Positions 23,676 to 37,093 of a DNA stretch of 64,000 bases are shown piece after piece. The notes under the pieces are model-generated. The model worked only from the letters and a program-made list of their open reading frames with translations. It ran no database searches and was not told the DNA's origin. How positions within the stretch are numbered: position 1 is the first letter of the stretch; each line of letters begins with the position of its first letter. Made by a program: the position numbers and the translations under genes. This stretch comes from Phaeosaccion multiseriatum (taxonomy: Eukaryota > Protista > Ochrophyta, other classes), in contig OZ218955.1 of NCBI GenBank assembly GCA_965112735.1, positions 558,001-622,000 of the forward strand, read 5' to 3'.

Positions 23676-26569
23676 CTCCAGACTGGCCTAGAAGCCTATG
23701 CTCTAGGCCCTAGGCCGAGCGGCCTACGCCCGCTCTAGGCCTAGGCCGGCGGCCGTTGGCCGCTCTAGGCCGGCCATTTTTTCTCCCTAGGCCGGCGGTT
23801 CTAGGCCTAGGCCTCGACCTATCTGATTAGTAATTACCTCCGGCGCAGCCGGCCTGATTACTGATTATGACCGGCGCCAGCCGGCCTGAGTACTGATTAT
23901 GCGCCAGCCGGGGGCTGATTACTGATTACGGCCGGCGCACACCGTAATCTTGTCCAGGGTCGAAGGGAGGGAGGGAGGGAGGGAGGGAGGGAGGGAGGGA
24001 GGGAGGGAGGGAGGGAGGGAGGGAGGGAGGGAGGGAGGGAGGGAGGGAAGGGAGGGAGGGAGGGAGGGAGGGAGGGAGGGAGGGAGGGAGGGAGGGAGGG
24101 AGGGAGGGAGGGAGGGAGGGAGGGAGGGAGGGAGGGAGGGAGGGAGGGAGGGAGGGAGGGAGGGAGGGAGGGAGGGAGGGAGGGAGGGAGGGAGGGAGGG
24201 AGGGAGGGAGGGAGGGAGGGAGGGAGGGAGGGAGGGAGGGAGGGAGGGAGGGAGGGAGGGAGGGAGGGAGGGAGGGAGGGAGGGAGGGAGGGAGGGAGGG
24301 AGGGAGGGAGGGAGGGAGGGAGGGAGGGAGGGAGGGAGGGAGGGAGGGAGGGAGGGAGGGAGGGAGGGAGGGAGGGAGGGAGGGAGGGAGGGAGGGAGGG
24401 AGGGAGGGAGGGAGGGAGGGAGGGAGGGAGGGAGGGAGGGAGGGAGGGAGGGAGGGAGGGAGGGAGGGAGGGAGGGAGGGAGGGAGGGAGGGAGGGAGGG
24501 AGGGAGGGAGGGAGGGAGGGAGGGAGGGAGGGAGGGAGGGAGGGAGGGAGGGAGGGAGGGAGGGAGGGAGGGAGGGAGGGAGGGAGGGAGGGAGGGAGGG
24601 AGGGAGGGAGGGAGGGAGGGAGGGAGGGAGGGAGGGAGGGAGGGAGGGAGGGAGGGAGGGAGGGAGGGAGGGAGGGAGGGAGGGAGGGAGGGAGGGAGGG
24701 AGGGAGGGAGGGAGGGAGGGAGGGAGGGAGGGAGGGAGGGAGGGAGGGAGGGAGGGAGGGAGGGAGGGAGGGAGGGAGGGAGGGAGGGAGGGAGGGAGGG
24801 AGGGAGGGAGGGAGGGAGGGAGGGAGGGAGGGAGGGAGGGAGGGAGGGAGGGAGGGAGGGAGGGAGGGAGGGAGGGAGGGAGGGAGGGAGGGAGGGAGGG
24901 AGGGAGGGAGGGAGGGAGGGAGGGAGGGAGGGAGGGAGGGAGGGAGGGAGGGAGGGAGGGAGGGAGGGAGGGAGGGAGGGAGGGAGGGAGGGAGGGAGGG
25001 AGGGAGGGAGGGAGGGAGGGAGGGAGGGAGGGAGGGAGGGAGGGAGGGAGGGAGGGAGGGAGGGAGGGAGGGAGGGAGGGAGGGAGGGAGGGAGGGAGGG
25101 AGGGAGGGAGGGAGGGAGGGAGGGAGGGAGGGAGGGAGGGAGGGAGGGAGGGAGGGAGGGAGGGAGGGAGGGAGGGAGGGAGGGAGGGAGGGAGGGAGGG
25201 AGGGAGGGAGGGAGGGAGGGAGGGAGGGAGGGAGGGAGGGAGGGAGGGAGGGAGGGAGGGAGGGAGGGAGGGAGGGAGGGAGGGAGGGAGGGAGGGAGGG
25301 AGGGAGGGAGGGAGGGAGGGAGGGAGGGAGGGAGGGAGGGAGGGAGGGAGGGAGGGAGGGAGGGAGGGAGGGAGGGAGGGAGGGAGGGAGGGAGGGAGGG
25401 AGGGAGGGAGGGAGGGAGGGAGGGAGGGAGGGAGGGAGGGAGGGAGGGAGGGAGGGAGGGAGGGAGGGAGGGAGGGAGGGAGGGAGGGAGGGAGGGAGGG
25501 AGGGAGGGAGGGAGGGAGGGAGGGAGGGAGGGAGGGAGGGAGGGAGGGAGGGAGGGAGGGAGGGAGGGAGGGAGGGAGGGAGGGAGGGAGGGAGGGAGGG
25601 AGGGAGGGAGGGAGGGAGGGAGGGAGGGAGGGAGGGAGGGAGGGAGGGAGGGAGGGAGGGAGGGAGGGAGGGAGGGAGGGAGGGAGGGAGGGAGGGAGGG
25701 AGGGAGGGAGGGAGGGAGGGAGGGAGGGAGGGAGGGAGGGAGGGAGGGAGGGAGGGAGGGAGGGAGGGAGGGAGGGAGGGAGGGAGGGAGGGAGGGAGGG
25801 AGGGAGGGAGGGAGGGAGGGAGGGAGGGAGGGAGGGAGGGAGGGAGGGAGGGAGGGAGGGAGGGAGGGAGGGAGGGAGGGAGGGAGGGAGGGAGGGAGGG
25901 AGGGAGGGAGGGAGGGAGGGAGGGAGGGAGGGAGGGAGGGAGGGAGGGAGGGAGGGAGGGAGGGAGGGAGGGAGGGAGGGAGGGAGGGAGGGAGGGAGGG
26001 AGGGAGGGAGGGAGGGAAGGAGGGAGGGAAGGAGGGAGGGAGAGGGAGGGAGGGAGAGGGAGGGAGGGAGGGAGGGAGGGAGGGAGGGAGGGAGGGAGGG
26101 AGGGAGGGAGGGAGGGAGGGAGGGAGGGAGGGAGGGAGGGAGGGAGGGAGCGAGGGAGGGAGGGAGGGAGGGAGGGAAGGAGGGAGGGAGGGAGGGAGGG
26201 AGGGAAGGAGGGAGGGAGGGAAGGAGGGAGGGAAGGAGGGAGAGAGGGAGGGAGAGAGGGAGGGAGGGAGGGAGGGAGGGAGGGAGCAGCCGGCCTGATT
26301 ACTGATAATGACCGGCGCCAGCCGGTCTGGTTGCTTACAGCCGGTGACCAGCCGGCCTGATTACTGATTTTGCGCCGGCCGGGGGCTGATTACCGGTTAC
26401 GGCCGGCGCACACCGTAATCTTCTCCAGGTCCTAGGCCGGGAGGGCTGCACCCAAAATAGGCCTAGGCCGGGGACCTGCGGCCCCCTCTAGGCCTAGGCC
26501 GGGGGCCTGCGGCCCCCCTAGGCCGGCCGAATTTCGTCTCTAGGCCTAGGCTTCTAGGCCAGTCTGGAG
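23676..26569. mobile_element. Non-autonomous TIR element (MITE-like) carrying a long (GGGA)n tract
   Basis: Perfect 23-bp TIRs ctccagactggcctagaagccta (23676-23698; reverse complement 26547-26569); ctaggcc subterminal arrays; the empty site gagtggaggggctctg is seen in another unit (16724) and tggagg occurs on both sides of the insertion. Confidence 0.8.
23964..26285. repeat. (GGGA)n tetranucleotide satellite, ~2.3 kb
   Basis: Near-perfect aggg repeat that degenerates at the right end; flanked by direct repeats 23845-23960 and 26286-26430. Confidence 0.97.
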
Positions 26570-27132
26570 ATGGAGGGGCTCTGAAAACTGCACACGATAG
26601 AAATATGCTGCCTACGCCTGGGCCATTGACATATCCCTCTGACACCCTCTTCTCTTCCGGCGGGTAGACGTTACTTTTAATTAAGCCCCTTTTCTCTTGC
26701 AGGCGTGAGGGATTGAATTGAAGGACGTTTCGGCTTGATTCTCCCCCGCTCCTCACTGAGCTAGCGCTGCTTTGCCTCCTTACACAGCGAGTAAAGAGAA
26801 GGGTCGTGAGAGGAAGAGTGAGGGACCGCCCTCCTCTCTCTTCGCTTGTAGTGGGACATACCTGGGGGAGGAGGGGTTCCCTTGAGTCAGGCAGCGGCCT
26901 GCTTGGTTGGTTCCCCCCGGTCCTGACCTAGCTCCAACGCTGCTTTGGCCTCTTACAGGACGTAGAGATAAGCGGCGGGCGAGATACAACGCTATTGGAA
27001 CGGCCTCTTCCTTCTTCCCTTGAAGAGCGTACACGCCTGAGGAAGTGGGGGATCGTCTTGAGTCAGGGAGGCGCCTGATTCTTTGCTGTCCTCCTACTTC
27101 AACATTGGGGGGGGGCTGGACTGTTCCTCAGA

Positions 27133-28810
27133 ATGCAGCGGGTGATATCCTCCGAGGTATGAGGTGAATGTGTGTTATTGTGAATACTCAATCTCATGAC
27201 AGCACAAAGACAGCGGTGCAAACGGGAACGGTGCGAGCGGAGGAGGTGACTTGCGGGAATGAAGCCCCTTATCCGGCGGGGTGGAGTACGCTGCTAAGCT
27301 TCGATCCAGCTGATACCAGTCGCACTGACCTCAAGCCCTTCGAATTGTATCCCTCTTCTCCACTGCTTTTGAACCCCCCTCCCTCTTACATCAGGCACAG
27401 CGCCTCTGCCAGGCTCTCCGGAGAAATCAGAACTTCTCAACAGTGAGAGCGCTCGTTAGGAAGCTCGTCGCAAAGCATGGCAAAGCGAGCTTAGATCATC
27501 CTATTGACGAGGACGGTGGGACGGCTATGATTTGGGCTGCGGTAGAGGGCCGGCGGGATGTCGTGGACCTCCTGCTGCAGGAAGGGGCGTCCTTCAGTAT
27601 CGGGGGAGGAGAGCCGGGGAGCACGCCATTGATTGAAGCTAGCGCGAGAGGACACGATCACATGGTGAGGCGGCTGTTGGACGCCGGAGCCGCCGCTGAC
27701 CAACCCAATCGCGAAGGGGCGACGCCTCTGCTTATGGCTGCCCAGAATGGGCATTCCACAACTGTGCAAAAGCTCCTGTTGGCGCAGCCCGATATCAACG
27801 CAGCCGCGACGAGTAGGGGAGTGACTCCGATATGGATGGCCTCTCAGAATGGGCACACCTCCATCGTAGAGCAGCTCATCTCAGCCCAAGCGGACGTGAA
27901 CAAAGCCGACGATGAAGGACAAACTCCACTCCTGATAGCGTCTGGACAAGGCCATTGGAGAGTGGTACAGCAGCTCATCTCAACCGAAGCGGACGTGAAC
28001 AAAGCCGACAATAGAGGAAGAACTCCACTCCAGAATGCGTCTGCCGAAGGCCATGGAAGAGTGGTACAGCAGCTCCTCAGGGCCCACGCCAAGGTGGACA
28101 AGGCTGATGACGGAGGCCGGACTCCACTTTTTGTAGCCTCTATGCTCGGGCGTGCCTCTGTAGTGCAGCAGCTTCTCGATGAGCATGCCAACATGAATAC
28201 AAAGAGTATTGAGGATATGACTCCCTTCATTGCGGCGGCTATGAATGGACACTTGGCTGTGGTAGACAAGTTCTTGGCTGCAGGAGCGGACGTCAATTCT
28301 ATTGGCCCCAATGGCTCGACTTCTCTTCAAGGGGCCGCTCAAGAGGGACACGATGCCGTGACGAAGCGCCTTCTTGCGGCGGGAGCAAGGGTGGACACAG
28401 TGACAAACGATGGTGTAACAGCTCTCTTCCTTGCTGTAAGGAATGGGCACGAGGCAGTCGTCGCTCATCTCATCTCTGCCGGATCTCCCATCGATGCCCC
28501 GCTTTCGACGGGCTTCACCCCCCTCCTTTCTGCCATCTTCAAAGGCCATCACGGCATTGCACTGCAGCTCCTCTCGGCTGATGCCTCGGTGGACAAGGCC
28601 TTCGCTGTGGCACGGCGGCACCAACTGGGCCCCGACATTGAGCAGCGAATCAAGGACGAGGCAGCGGCCTTCTTCCGGTCCCAAAGCGCGTTGGACCTCA
28701 TGCGTAGGAGCGACCCGACGTTCGGCAAGGAGAGCAAGACCTTACCGCTGGAGAGGCCCTGGAGTGTTGGAAGCGAGACATGGGAGAGCATGGCGGAGGA
28801 GATGGGCTGA
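27133..28810 (+). CDS. Ankyrin array copy 7 (11 repeats, ~479 aa)
   Basis: Micro-exon 27133-27156 + exon 27395-28810. Confidence 0.88.
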
Positions 28811-30517
28811 AAGACCTGAGCGAGGTGGGGGGTGGGTGGAGTATGTGGGAGGGGCGTTTCGAGGGACCTGAAGCCGTGTTGCCGCAGGTAGAGAGACGGG
28901 CGAGCGAGAGGGAACGGAGCGAGAGGAGGGAGTGTGGACGTTTCGTGGAAGAGCTTAGTGGCCCACTGAGGCAAATGCGCTGTGCGAGGATGGCCCCTCA
29001 TGTCTGGTCGAATGACTCCAGGATAGGACGGCTGTGCCTCCAAAGCGCCGCCGCGGTAGGATAGGACAGGAGGATCCGGAATGCGACTTTGGCTGGTTGC
29101 TTCTCCGTGCTTGACATGATGTCTAAGTGTCTGTGCGTTGTCGTACCAGACTGCACTTGTAGTCAGACCGCAGCAGCAGGAGATATAGCCAGCTCGCTCG
29201 CTCCGAGTGGCGGTGAGCTTTTCTCGTCAGGCTTCTGCACGTGTGTACTGCCATCTCAGTACGTGGTAAGAAAGTAGTGAAGCAAAACTTTGCTTTGTCT
29301 GGCCTACGGACTCTTGGCCCACGGGGGCGAGCGGCTTAGGCGACTGGCGCGAAGCAGCTCAAGTATAGGCGCAATAGTTCAGTATGAAAAGTCTAAGAAA
29401 GGGAATGCAGCAAACCCCCGATCAAGAGATGCTCTGCTGCTGGTTGAAAGGGTGGTGAAATATGCTGCCTTTTGTACCTCTGGGCTGATAACATCGCAAG
29501 TCCCCCATGCCCCTATCATACGCCTCTAAGTTTATCCTTCGTTATGCCTCTAGCCACCCCTCCCCAAAAATTCAACTCAGTGTGCACCCTTGATCATCGT
29601 TTCCCGTATCTCCGCCGCGAGAGGAGGGCCGAGACCTCCTCCCTCTGCCCCTTTGCTGCTGCTGCAGGTACCGCTGTATCGCCAACTGCTGTAGCTGCGG
29701 CGAGGGCTGCGAGTAGGGCGGCAGGCCCCCCTTTTTGAAGGAGGAGTTGCGCGAGTCCGAGGAAGCAGCGGCATCTTCTCCAAAAGGGTGCGGTGAGTGG
29801 AGGGCCTCTGAAATCTGCACACGATAATTAATATGTAGGGTGAATATGAGAGATGAGCGTAGATATGCCCCCCCCCCCCTGGGCCTGAGGAAGCAAGAAA
29901 TTGGCTGCCTACGCCTGGGCCATTGACATATTCTGGGCCCCTTGCGTCTGACACCTCTTCACTTGCAGGCGTGAAAGGATTGAATTGAAGGACGGTGAGG
30001 GGCAAAGTGCGGCAAGCTGTTGAGAGAGCCCTTCTTCCTCTTCGCGTGTAGTGGTGCGCGCTTGGGGGGGGGGGGGGAGGGGGTTCGTCTTGAGTCAGGC
30101 AGGGGCCGGCTTGGTTCTCCCCCGCTCCTCTCTGAGCTAGCGCTGCTTTGGCCTCCTGACACAGCGAGTAAAGAGAAGGGTCGTGAGAGGAAGAGTGAGG
30201 GACCGCCATCCTCTCTCTTCGCTTGCAGTGGTGCACGCTGTGGGGAGAGAGGTTATATTGAGTCAGGCAGCGGCCTGCTTGGTTGTTTCCCCCCGTTCCT
30301 GACCTAGCTCCAGCGCCGCTTTGGCCTTCTACAAGACGTAGAGGAAAGACGCGGACGAGAGACAACGCTATTGGAACGGCCTCTCCCTTCTTCTCTTCTA
30401 GTGGGGCACGCGTGACGGAGTGGGGGACCATCTTTAGTCAGGGAGGCGCCGGCTTGATTCCCCCCTTCGCTCTCCTCCTACTTCAACTTTGGGGGGAAGG
30501 GAAGAATGTTCCGCAGC

Positions 30518-32109
30518 ATGGAGCGGGCGATATCCCCCGAGGTATGAGCTGAGTGTATATAAATGGTGGATGTTTATCTCATGACAGCACAGAGACAGCG
30601 GTACAAACGAGAACGGTGCGAGCGGAGGAGGTGACTCGCGAGAATGAAAACCTCTGATCCGGCGGGGTGGAGTACGCTTCTACACTTCGACACAGCTGAT
30701 GCGAGTCGCATTGACCTCAAGCCCTTCGAATTGTATCCCTCTGTATCCCTCTTCTCCACGCACTGCTTCCGAACCCCCCTCCCTCTTTACATCAGGCTCG
30801 GCGCCTCTGCCAGGCTCTCCAGAGAAATGAGAACTTCTCAACAGTGAGAGCGCAGGTTAGGAAGCTCGTCGCGAAGCACGGCAAAGCGAGCTTAGATCAT
30901 CCTATTGACGAGGACGGTGTGACGGCTATGATTTGGGCTGCGGCAGACGACCGGCGGGATGTCGTGGACCTCCTGCTGCAGGAAGGGGCGTCCTTCAGTA
31001 TTGGGGGAGGAGAGCCGGGGGGCACGCCATTGGTAGAAGCTAGCGCGAGAGGACACGATCACATGGTGAGGCGGCTGTTGGACGCCGGAGCCGCCGTTGA
31101 CCAACCCAATCGCGAAGGGGTGACGCCTCTGCTTATGGCTGCCCAGAATGGGCATTCCACAACTGTGCAGAAGCTCCTGTTGGCGCAGCCCGATGTCAAC
31201 ACAGCCGGGGGTACGGGAATGACTCCGATATGGATAGCTTCTTACGAAGGGCACACCTCCATCGTAGAGCAGCTCATCTCAGCCCAAGCGGACGTGAACA
31301 AAGCCAACGATGAAGGAACAACTCCACTCCTGATAGCGTCAGTACTGGGCCATGGGAGAGTGGTACAGCAGCTCCTCAGGGCCCACGCTAAGGTGGACAA
31401 GGCTGATGACGAAGGCCGGACTCCACTTTGTGCAGCCTCTATGCTCGGGCGTGCCTCTATTGTGCAGCAGCTTCTCGATCACCATGCCAACATGAATGCC
31501 AAGAGTGTCGCGGATACACCTCCTATCATGGCCGCGACTATCAAAGGACATTTGGCTGTGATAGAGAAGCTCTTGGCTGCAGGAGCGGACGTCGATTCTG
31601 TTAGCAGCCGTGGCTGGACTTCCTTGCACTGCGCCGCTCAGGAGGGACACGATGCCGTGGCGAAGCGCCTTCTTGCGGCAGGAGCAAGGGTGGACACAGT
31701 CGACAAAAAAGGCGATTCACCTCTCCACCATGCTGCGAAGAGTGGGCACGAGGCAATCGTCGCTCGTCTCATCTCTGCCGGATCTCCCATCGATGCCCTG
31801 GCGTGGAACGGCGCCACCCCTCTACTTGGCGCCATCGTCAGAGGCCATCACGGCACTGCACTGCAGCTCCTCTCGGCTGATGCCTCGGTGGACAAGGCCT
31901 TCGCTGGGGCACGGCGGCTCCAACTGGGCCCCGGCATTGAGCAGCGAATCAAGGACGAGGCAGCGGCCTTCTTCCGGTCCCAAAGCGCGTTGGACCTCAT
32001 GCGTAGGAGCGACCCGACGTTCGGCAAGGAGAGCAGGACCTTGCCGCTGGAGAGGCCCTGGAGTGTTGGAAGCGAGACATGGGAGAGCATGGCGGAGGAG
32101 ATGGGCTGA
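30518..32109 (+). CDS. Ankyrin array copy 8 (10 repeats, ~445 aa)
   Basis: Micro-exon 30518-30541 + exon 30796-32109. Confidence 0.88.
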
Positions 32110-33825
32110 AAGACCTGAGCGAGGTGGGGGGTCGGTGGAGTATGTGGGAGGGGCATTTCGAGGGACCTGAAGCCGTGTTGCCGCAGGTAGAGAGACGGGC
32201 GAGCGAGAGGGAAGGGAGAGCGAGGAGGGAGTGTGGACGTGTCGTGTAGGGCCTTAGTGGGCCACTGAGGCAAATGCGCTGTGCGAGGATGGCAACTCAT
32301 GTCTGGTCGAATGACTCCAGGATAGGATTGATGTGCCTCCAAAGCGCCGCCGCGGTAGGATAGGACAGGAGGATCGGGAATGCGACTTTGGCTGGTTGCT
32401 CTCCGTGCTTGACATATGTCTGTGTGTCTGTGTGTTGTCGTACCAGACTGAACTTGTAGTAAGACCGCAGCAGCAGGAGATGTCGCCAGCTCGCCCGCTT
32501 AGAGTGGCGGTGAGCTCTTCTTGTCAGGCTTTTGCACGTGTGTACTGCCATCTCAGTACGTGGGAAGAAAGTAGCGAAACAAGGCCTGGAGAAGAGCCGC
32601 TTTGCTTTGCCTAGCCTACGGACTCGTGGCCCATGGGGGCGAGCGGCTTAGGCGACTGGCGCGAAGCAGCTCAAGTGTAGGTCGCAATAGTTCAGTATGA
32701 TAGTCTAGTCTAAGCACTGAAACAAGAGATGCTCTGTTGCGCTGTGAAAGGGTGGTGAAATATGCTGCCCTTTGTACCTCTGGGCTGAATACATCGCAAA
32801 TCTCTCGTGCCCCTACCATATATGCCTCTAATTCTCTCCTTCGTTATGCGTCTAGCCACCCCTCCCCATATCCCTCCAACTACTTAACTCAGTGTGCGCC
32901 CTTGGTCATAGTATCCCGTATCTCCGCCACAAGAAGGCGGCCGAGACCTCCTCCCTCGGCCCCTTTGCTGCTGCTGCTGCAGATGCTGCTGTATCGCCAA
33001 CTGCTGTAGCTGCGGCGAGGGCTGCGAGTAGGGCGGCAAGCCCCCCCTTTTTGAAGGAGGAGTTGCGCGAGTCCGAGGAAGCAGCGGTATTTTCTCCAAA
33101 AGGGTGCGGTGACTGCAGTGAGGAGTGGAGAGGCTCTGAAAGCGGCACACGATAATTAGTATGTAAGATGAAGAGGAGAGAGAGGAATCCCCGGGGGACG
33201 AGGAAGCAAGAGATGGGCTGCTTACGCCTGGGCCATTGACATATTCTGGGCCCCTTCCCTCTGACGCCTCTTCACTTGCAGGCGTGAAAGGGTTGAAGTG
33301 AAAGACGGCGAGAGGCAGAGTGTGGCAAACTGTTGAGAGAGCCCTTCTTCCTCTTCGTGTGTAGTGGTGCGCGCTTGGGGGGCGGGGGAAGGGGTTCGTC
33401 TTGAGTCAGGCAGGAGCCGGCTTGATTCTCCCCCGCTCCTCACCGAGCTAGCGCTGCTTTAGCCTCCTTACACAGCGAGTAAAGAGAAGGGTCGTGATAG
33501 GGAGAGTGAGGGACCGCCCTCCTCTCTCTTCGCTTGTAGTGAGACATACCTGGGGGAGGAGGGGCTCCCTTGAGTCAGGCAGCGGCCTGCTTGGTTCCCC
33601 CCGGTCCTGACCCAGCTCCAGCGCTGCTTTGGCCTCCTACAGGACGTAGAGGTAAGCGGCTGGCGAGAGACAACGCTATTGGAACGGCCTCTCCCTTCTT
33701 CCCTTCTAGTGCAGCGCGCCTGAGGGAGTGGGGAATCGTCTTGAGTCAGGGAGACGCCGGCTTGATTCCCCCCTTCGCTGTCCTCCTACTTCAACTTTGG
33801 GGGGAAGGAGAGACCATTTCTCATC

Positions 33826-35397
33826 ATGGAGCCGGTGATATTCCCCGAGGTATGAGCGGAGTGTATATAAATGGTGGATGTTTTAGCTCATGACAGCACA
33901 GAGACGGCGGTACAAAAAGGACGGTGCGAGCGGAGGAGGTGACTCGCGAGAATGAAGCCTCTGATCCGCGGCGGAGTACGCTGCTACACTTCGACGCAGC
34001 TGATGCGAGTCGCATTGACCTCAAGCCCTTCGAATTGTATCCCTCTTCTCCACTGCTTTTGACCCCCCCTCCCTTTTACCTCAGGCGTGGCGCCTCTTCC
34101 ACGCTCTCCAGAGAAATGAGAACTTCTCAACAGTGAGGGCGCTGGTTACGAAGCTCGTCGCGAAGCACGGCAAAACGGGTGTAGATCATCCTATTGACAA
34201 GCACGGTAACACTGCTATGATGTGGGCTGCGGCAAACGACCGGCGGGATGTCGTGGACCTTCTGCTGCAGGAAGGGGCGTCCTTCAGTATCGGGGGAGGA
34301 GCGCGGGGGACCACGCCATTGATTGAAGCTTGCGTAAGCGGACACGATCAGATGGTGCGGCGGCTGTTGGACGTCGGAGCCGCTGTTGACCAACCCAATC
34401 TCCGCGGGGTTTTTCTCTGCTTCTGGCTGCCGAGAAGGGGCATTCCAAAACTGTGCAGAAGCTCCTGTTGGCGCAGCCCGATGTCAACGCAGCCGCGACT
34501 AGGGGAGTGACTCCGATATGGATGGCCTCTCAGAATGGGCACACCTCCATCGTAGAGCAGCTCATCTCAGCCCAAGCGGACGTGAACAAAGCCGACGATG
34601 AAGGAAGAACTCCACTCCGAATAGCGTCAGCAAAGGGCCATGGGAGAGTGGTACAGCAGCTCCTCAGGGCCCACGCCAAGGTGGACAAGGCTGATGACGA
34701 AGGCCGGACTCCACTTCATATGGCCTCTTTCCTCGGGCATGCCTCTGTTGTGCAGCAGCTTCTCGATGAGCATGCCAGCATAAATACAATGAGTATGAAG
34801 GGTGTCACTCCCCTCATGGGCGCGGCTGAGGGCGGACACTTGGCTGTGATAGAGAAGCTCTTGGCTGCAGGAGCGGAGGTCCATTGTATTAGCCGCGCTG
34901 GCTTGACTTCTCTTCACTGGGCCGTTCAAGACGGACACGATGCCGTGGCGAAGCGCCTTCTCGCGGCGGGAGCAAGGGTGGACACAGTGGACATCGACGG
35001 CGCTTCACCTCTCCGCTATGCTGCGCAGAGAGGGCACGAGGCAATCGTCGCTCGTCTCATCTCTGCCGGATCTCCCATCGATGCCACGGCGTCGATGGGC
35101 GCCACCCCTCTACTTGCTGCCATTTTCGAAGGCCATCACGGCACTGCACTGCAGCTCCTCTCGGCCGATGCCTCGGTGGACAAGGCCTTCGCTGAGGCAC
35201 GGCGGCTCCAACTGGGCCCGGGTATTGAGCAGCGAATCAAAGACGTGGCAGCAGCCTTCTTCCGGTCCCAAAGCGCGTTGGACCTCATGCGTAGGAGCGA
35301 CCCGACGTTCGGCAAGGAGAGCAGGACCTTGCCGCTGGAGAGGCCCTGGAGTGTTGGAAGCGAGACATGGGAGAGCATGGCGGAGGAGATGGGCTGA
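33826..35397 (+). pseudogene. Ankyrin array copy 9 (10 repeats), frameshifted
   Basis: Micro-exon 33826-33849 + exon from 34085; frame break near 34405-34415 (cggggtttttctctg) between ORFs 34133-34510 and 34453-35397. Confidence 0.78.
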
Positions 35398-37093
35398 AAG
35401 ACCTGAGAGAGGTGGCGGGTGGGCGGAGGACGTGGGAGGGGCGTTTCGAGGGACCTGAAGCCGTGTTGCCGCAGGTAGAGAGACGGGCGAGCGAGAGGGA
35501 ACGGAGCGAGAGGAGGGAGTGTGGACGTGTCGTGTAGGGCCTTAGTGGGCCACTGAGGCAAATGCGCTGTGCGAGGATGGCAACTCATGTCTGGTCGAAT
35601 GACTCCAGGATAGGATTGCTATTTGAGGCCCCGCGGTAGGATAGGACAAGAGGATCGGGAATGCGACTTTGGCTGGTTGCTCTCCGTGCTTGACATATGT
35701 CTGTGTGTCTGTGTGTTGTCGTACCAGACTGCACTTGTAGTCAGACCGCAGCAGCAGGGATAAAGCCAGCTCGTCCGCCCCGAGTGGCGGTGAGCTCTTC
35801 TTGTCAGGCTTTTGCACGTGTGTACTGCCATCTCAGTACGTGGGAAGAAAGTAGCGAAGCAAGGCCTGGAGAAGAGAGGCTTTGCTTTGCCTGGCCTATG
35901 GACTCGTGGCCCATGGGGGCGAGCGGCTTCGGCGACTGGCGCGAAGCAGCTCAAGTATAGGCGCAATAGTTCAGTATGAAAAGTCTAAGAAAGGGAATGC
36001 AGCAAGCACCGAAACAAATGATGCTCTGTTGCGCTGTTGAAAGGGTGGTGGAACAAATTGCCTTTTGTACCTCTGGGCTGATAACATCGCAAGTCCCCCA
36101 ATGCCCCTACCATATACCTCTAATTCTCTCCTTCCTTATGCCTCTAGCCACCCCTCCCCATATTAAATCAGTGTGCGCCCTTGGTCATCATCTCCCTTAT
36201 CTCCGCCACAAGAAGGCGGCCGAGACCTTCTCTCTCGGCCCCTGTTGCTGCTGCTGCTGGTGCTGCTGTATCGCCAACTGCTGTAGCTGCTGCGGCAGCT
36301 GCGAGTAGGGCGGCAGGCCCCCCTTTTTGAAGGAGGAGTTGCGCGAGTCCGAGGAAGCAGCGGCATCTTCTCCAAAAGGGTGCAGTGACTGTAGCGACGA
36401 GTGGAGGGGCTCTGAAATCTGCAGACGATAATTAATATGTAGGATGAGTATGAGAGAGGAGCGTAGATATTCCCCCCCCCCCCCCCGGGGGACGAAGCAA
36501 GAAATGGGCTGGGCCATTGACATATTCTAAACCCCTTTGACACCTCTTCACTTGCAGCGTGAAAGGATTGAAGTGAAGGACGGCGAGAGGCAGAGTGGGA
36601 AAGCTGTTGAGAGAGCCCTTCTTTCTCTTCGCGTGTAGTGGTGCGCGCTTGGGGGGGGGAAGGGGTTCGTCTTGAGTCAGGCAGGGGCCGGCTTGATTCT
36701 CCCCCGCTCCTCACTGAGCTAGCGCTGCTTTGCCTCCTTACACAGCGAGTAAAGTGAAGGGTCGTGAGAGGAAGAGTGAGGGACCGCCCTCCTCTCTCTT
36801 CGCTTGTAGTGGGACATACCTGGGGGAGGAGGGGTTCCCTTGAGTCAGGTAGCGGCCTGCTTGGTTGGTTCCCCCCGGTCCTGACCTAGCTCCAGCGCTG
36901 CTTTGGCCTCCTACAGGACGTAGAGATAAGCGGCGGGCGAGATACAACGCTATTGGAACGGCCTCTTCCTTCTTCCGCCCCTTGAAGAGCGTACACGCCT
37001 GAGGAAGTGGGGGATCGTCTTGAGTCAGGGAGGCGCCTGATTCTTTGCTGTCCTCCTACTTCAACATTGGGGGGGGCTGGACTGTTCCTCAGC

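Noticed and set aside
23950-26298. 782-aa (GREG)n ORF
   Set aside because: Translation of the (GGGA)n satellite inside a TIR element; TTG start, no stops possible in the repeat
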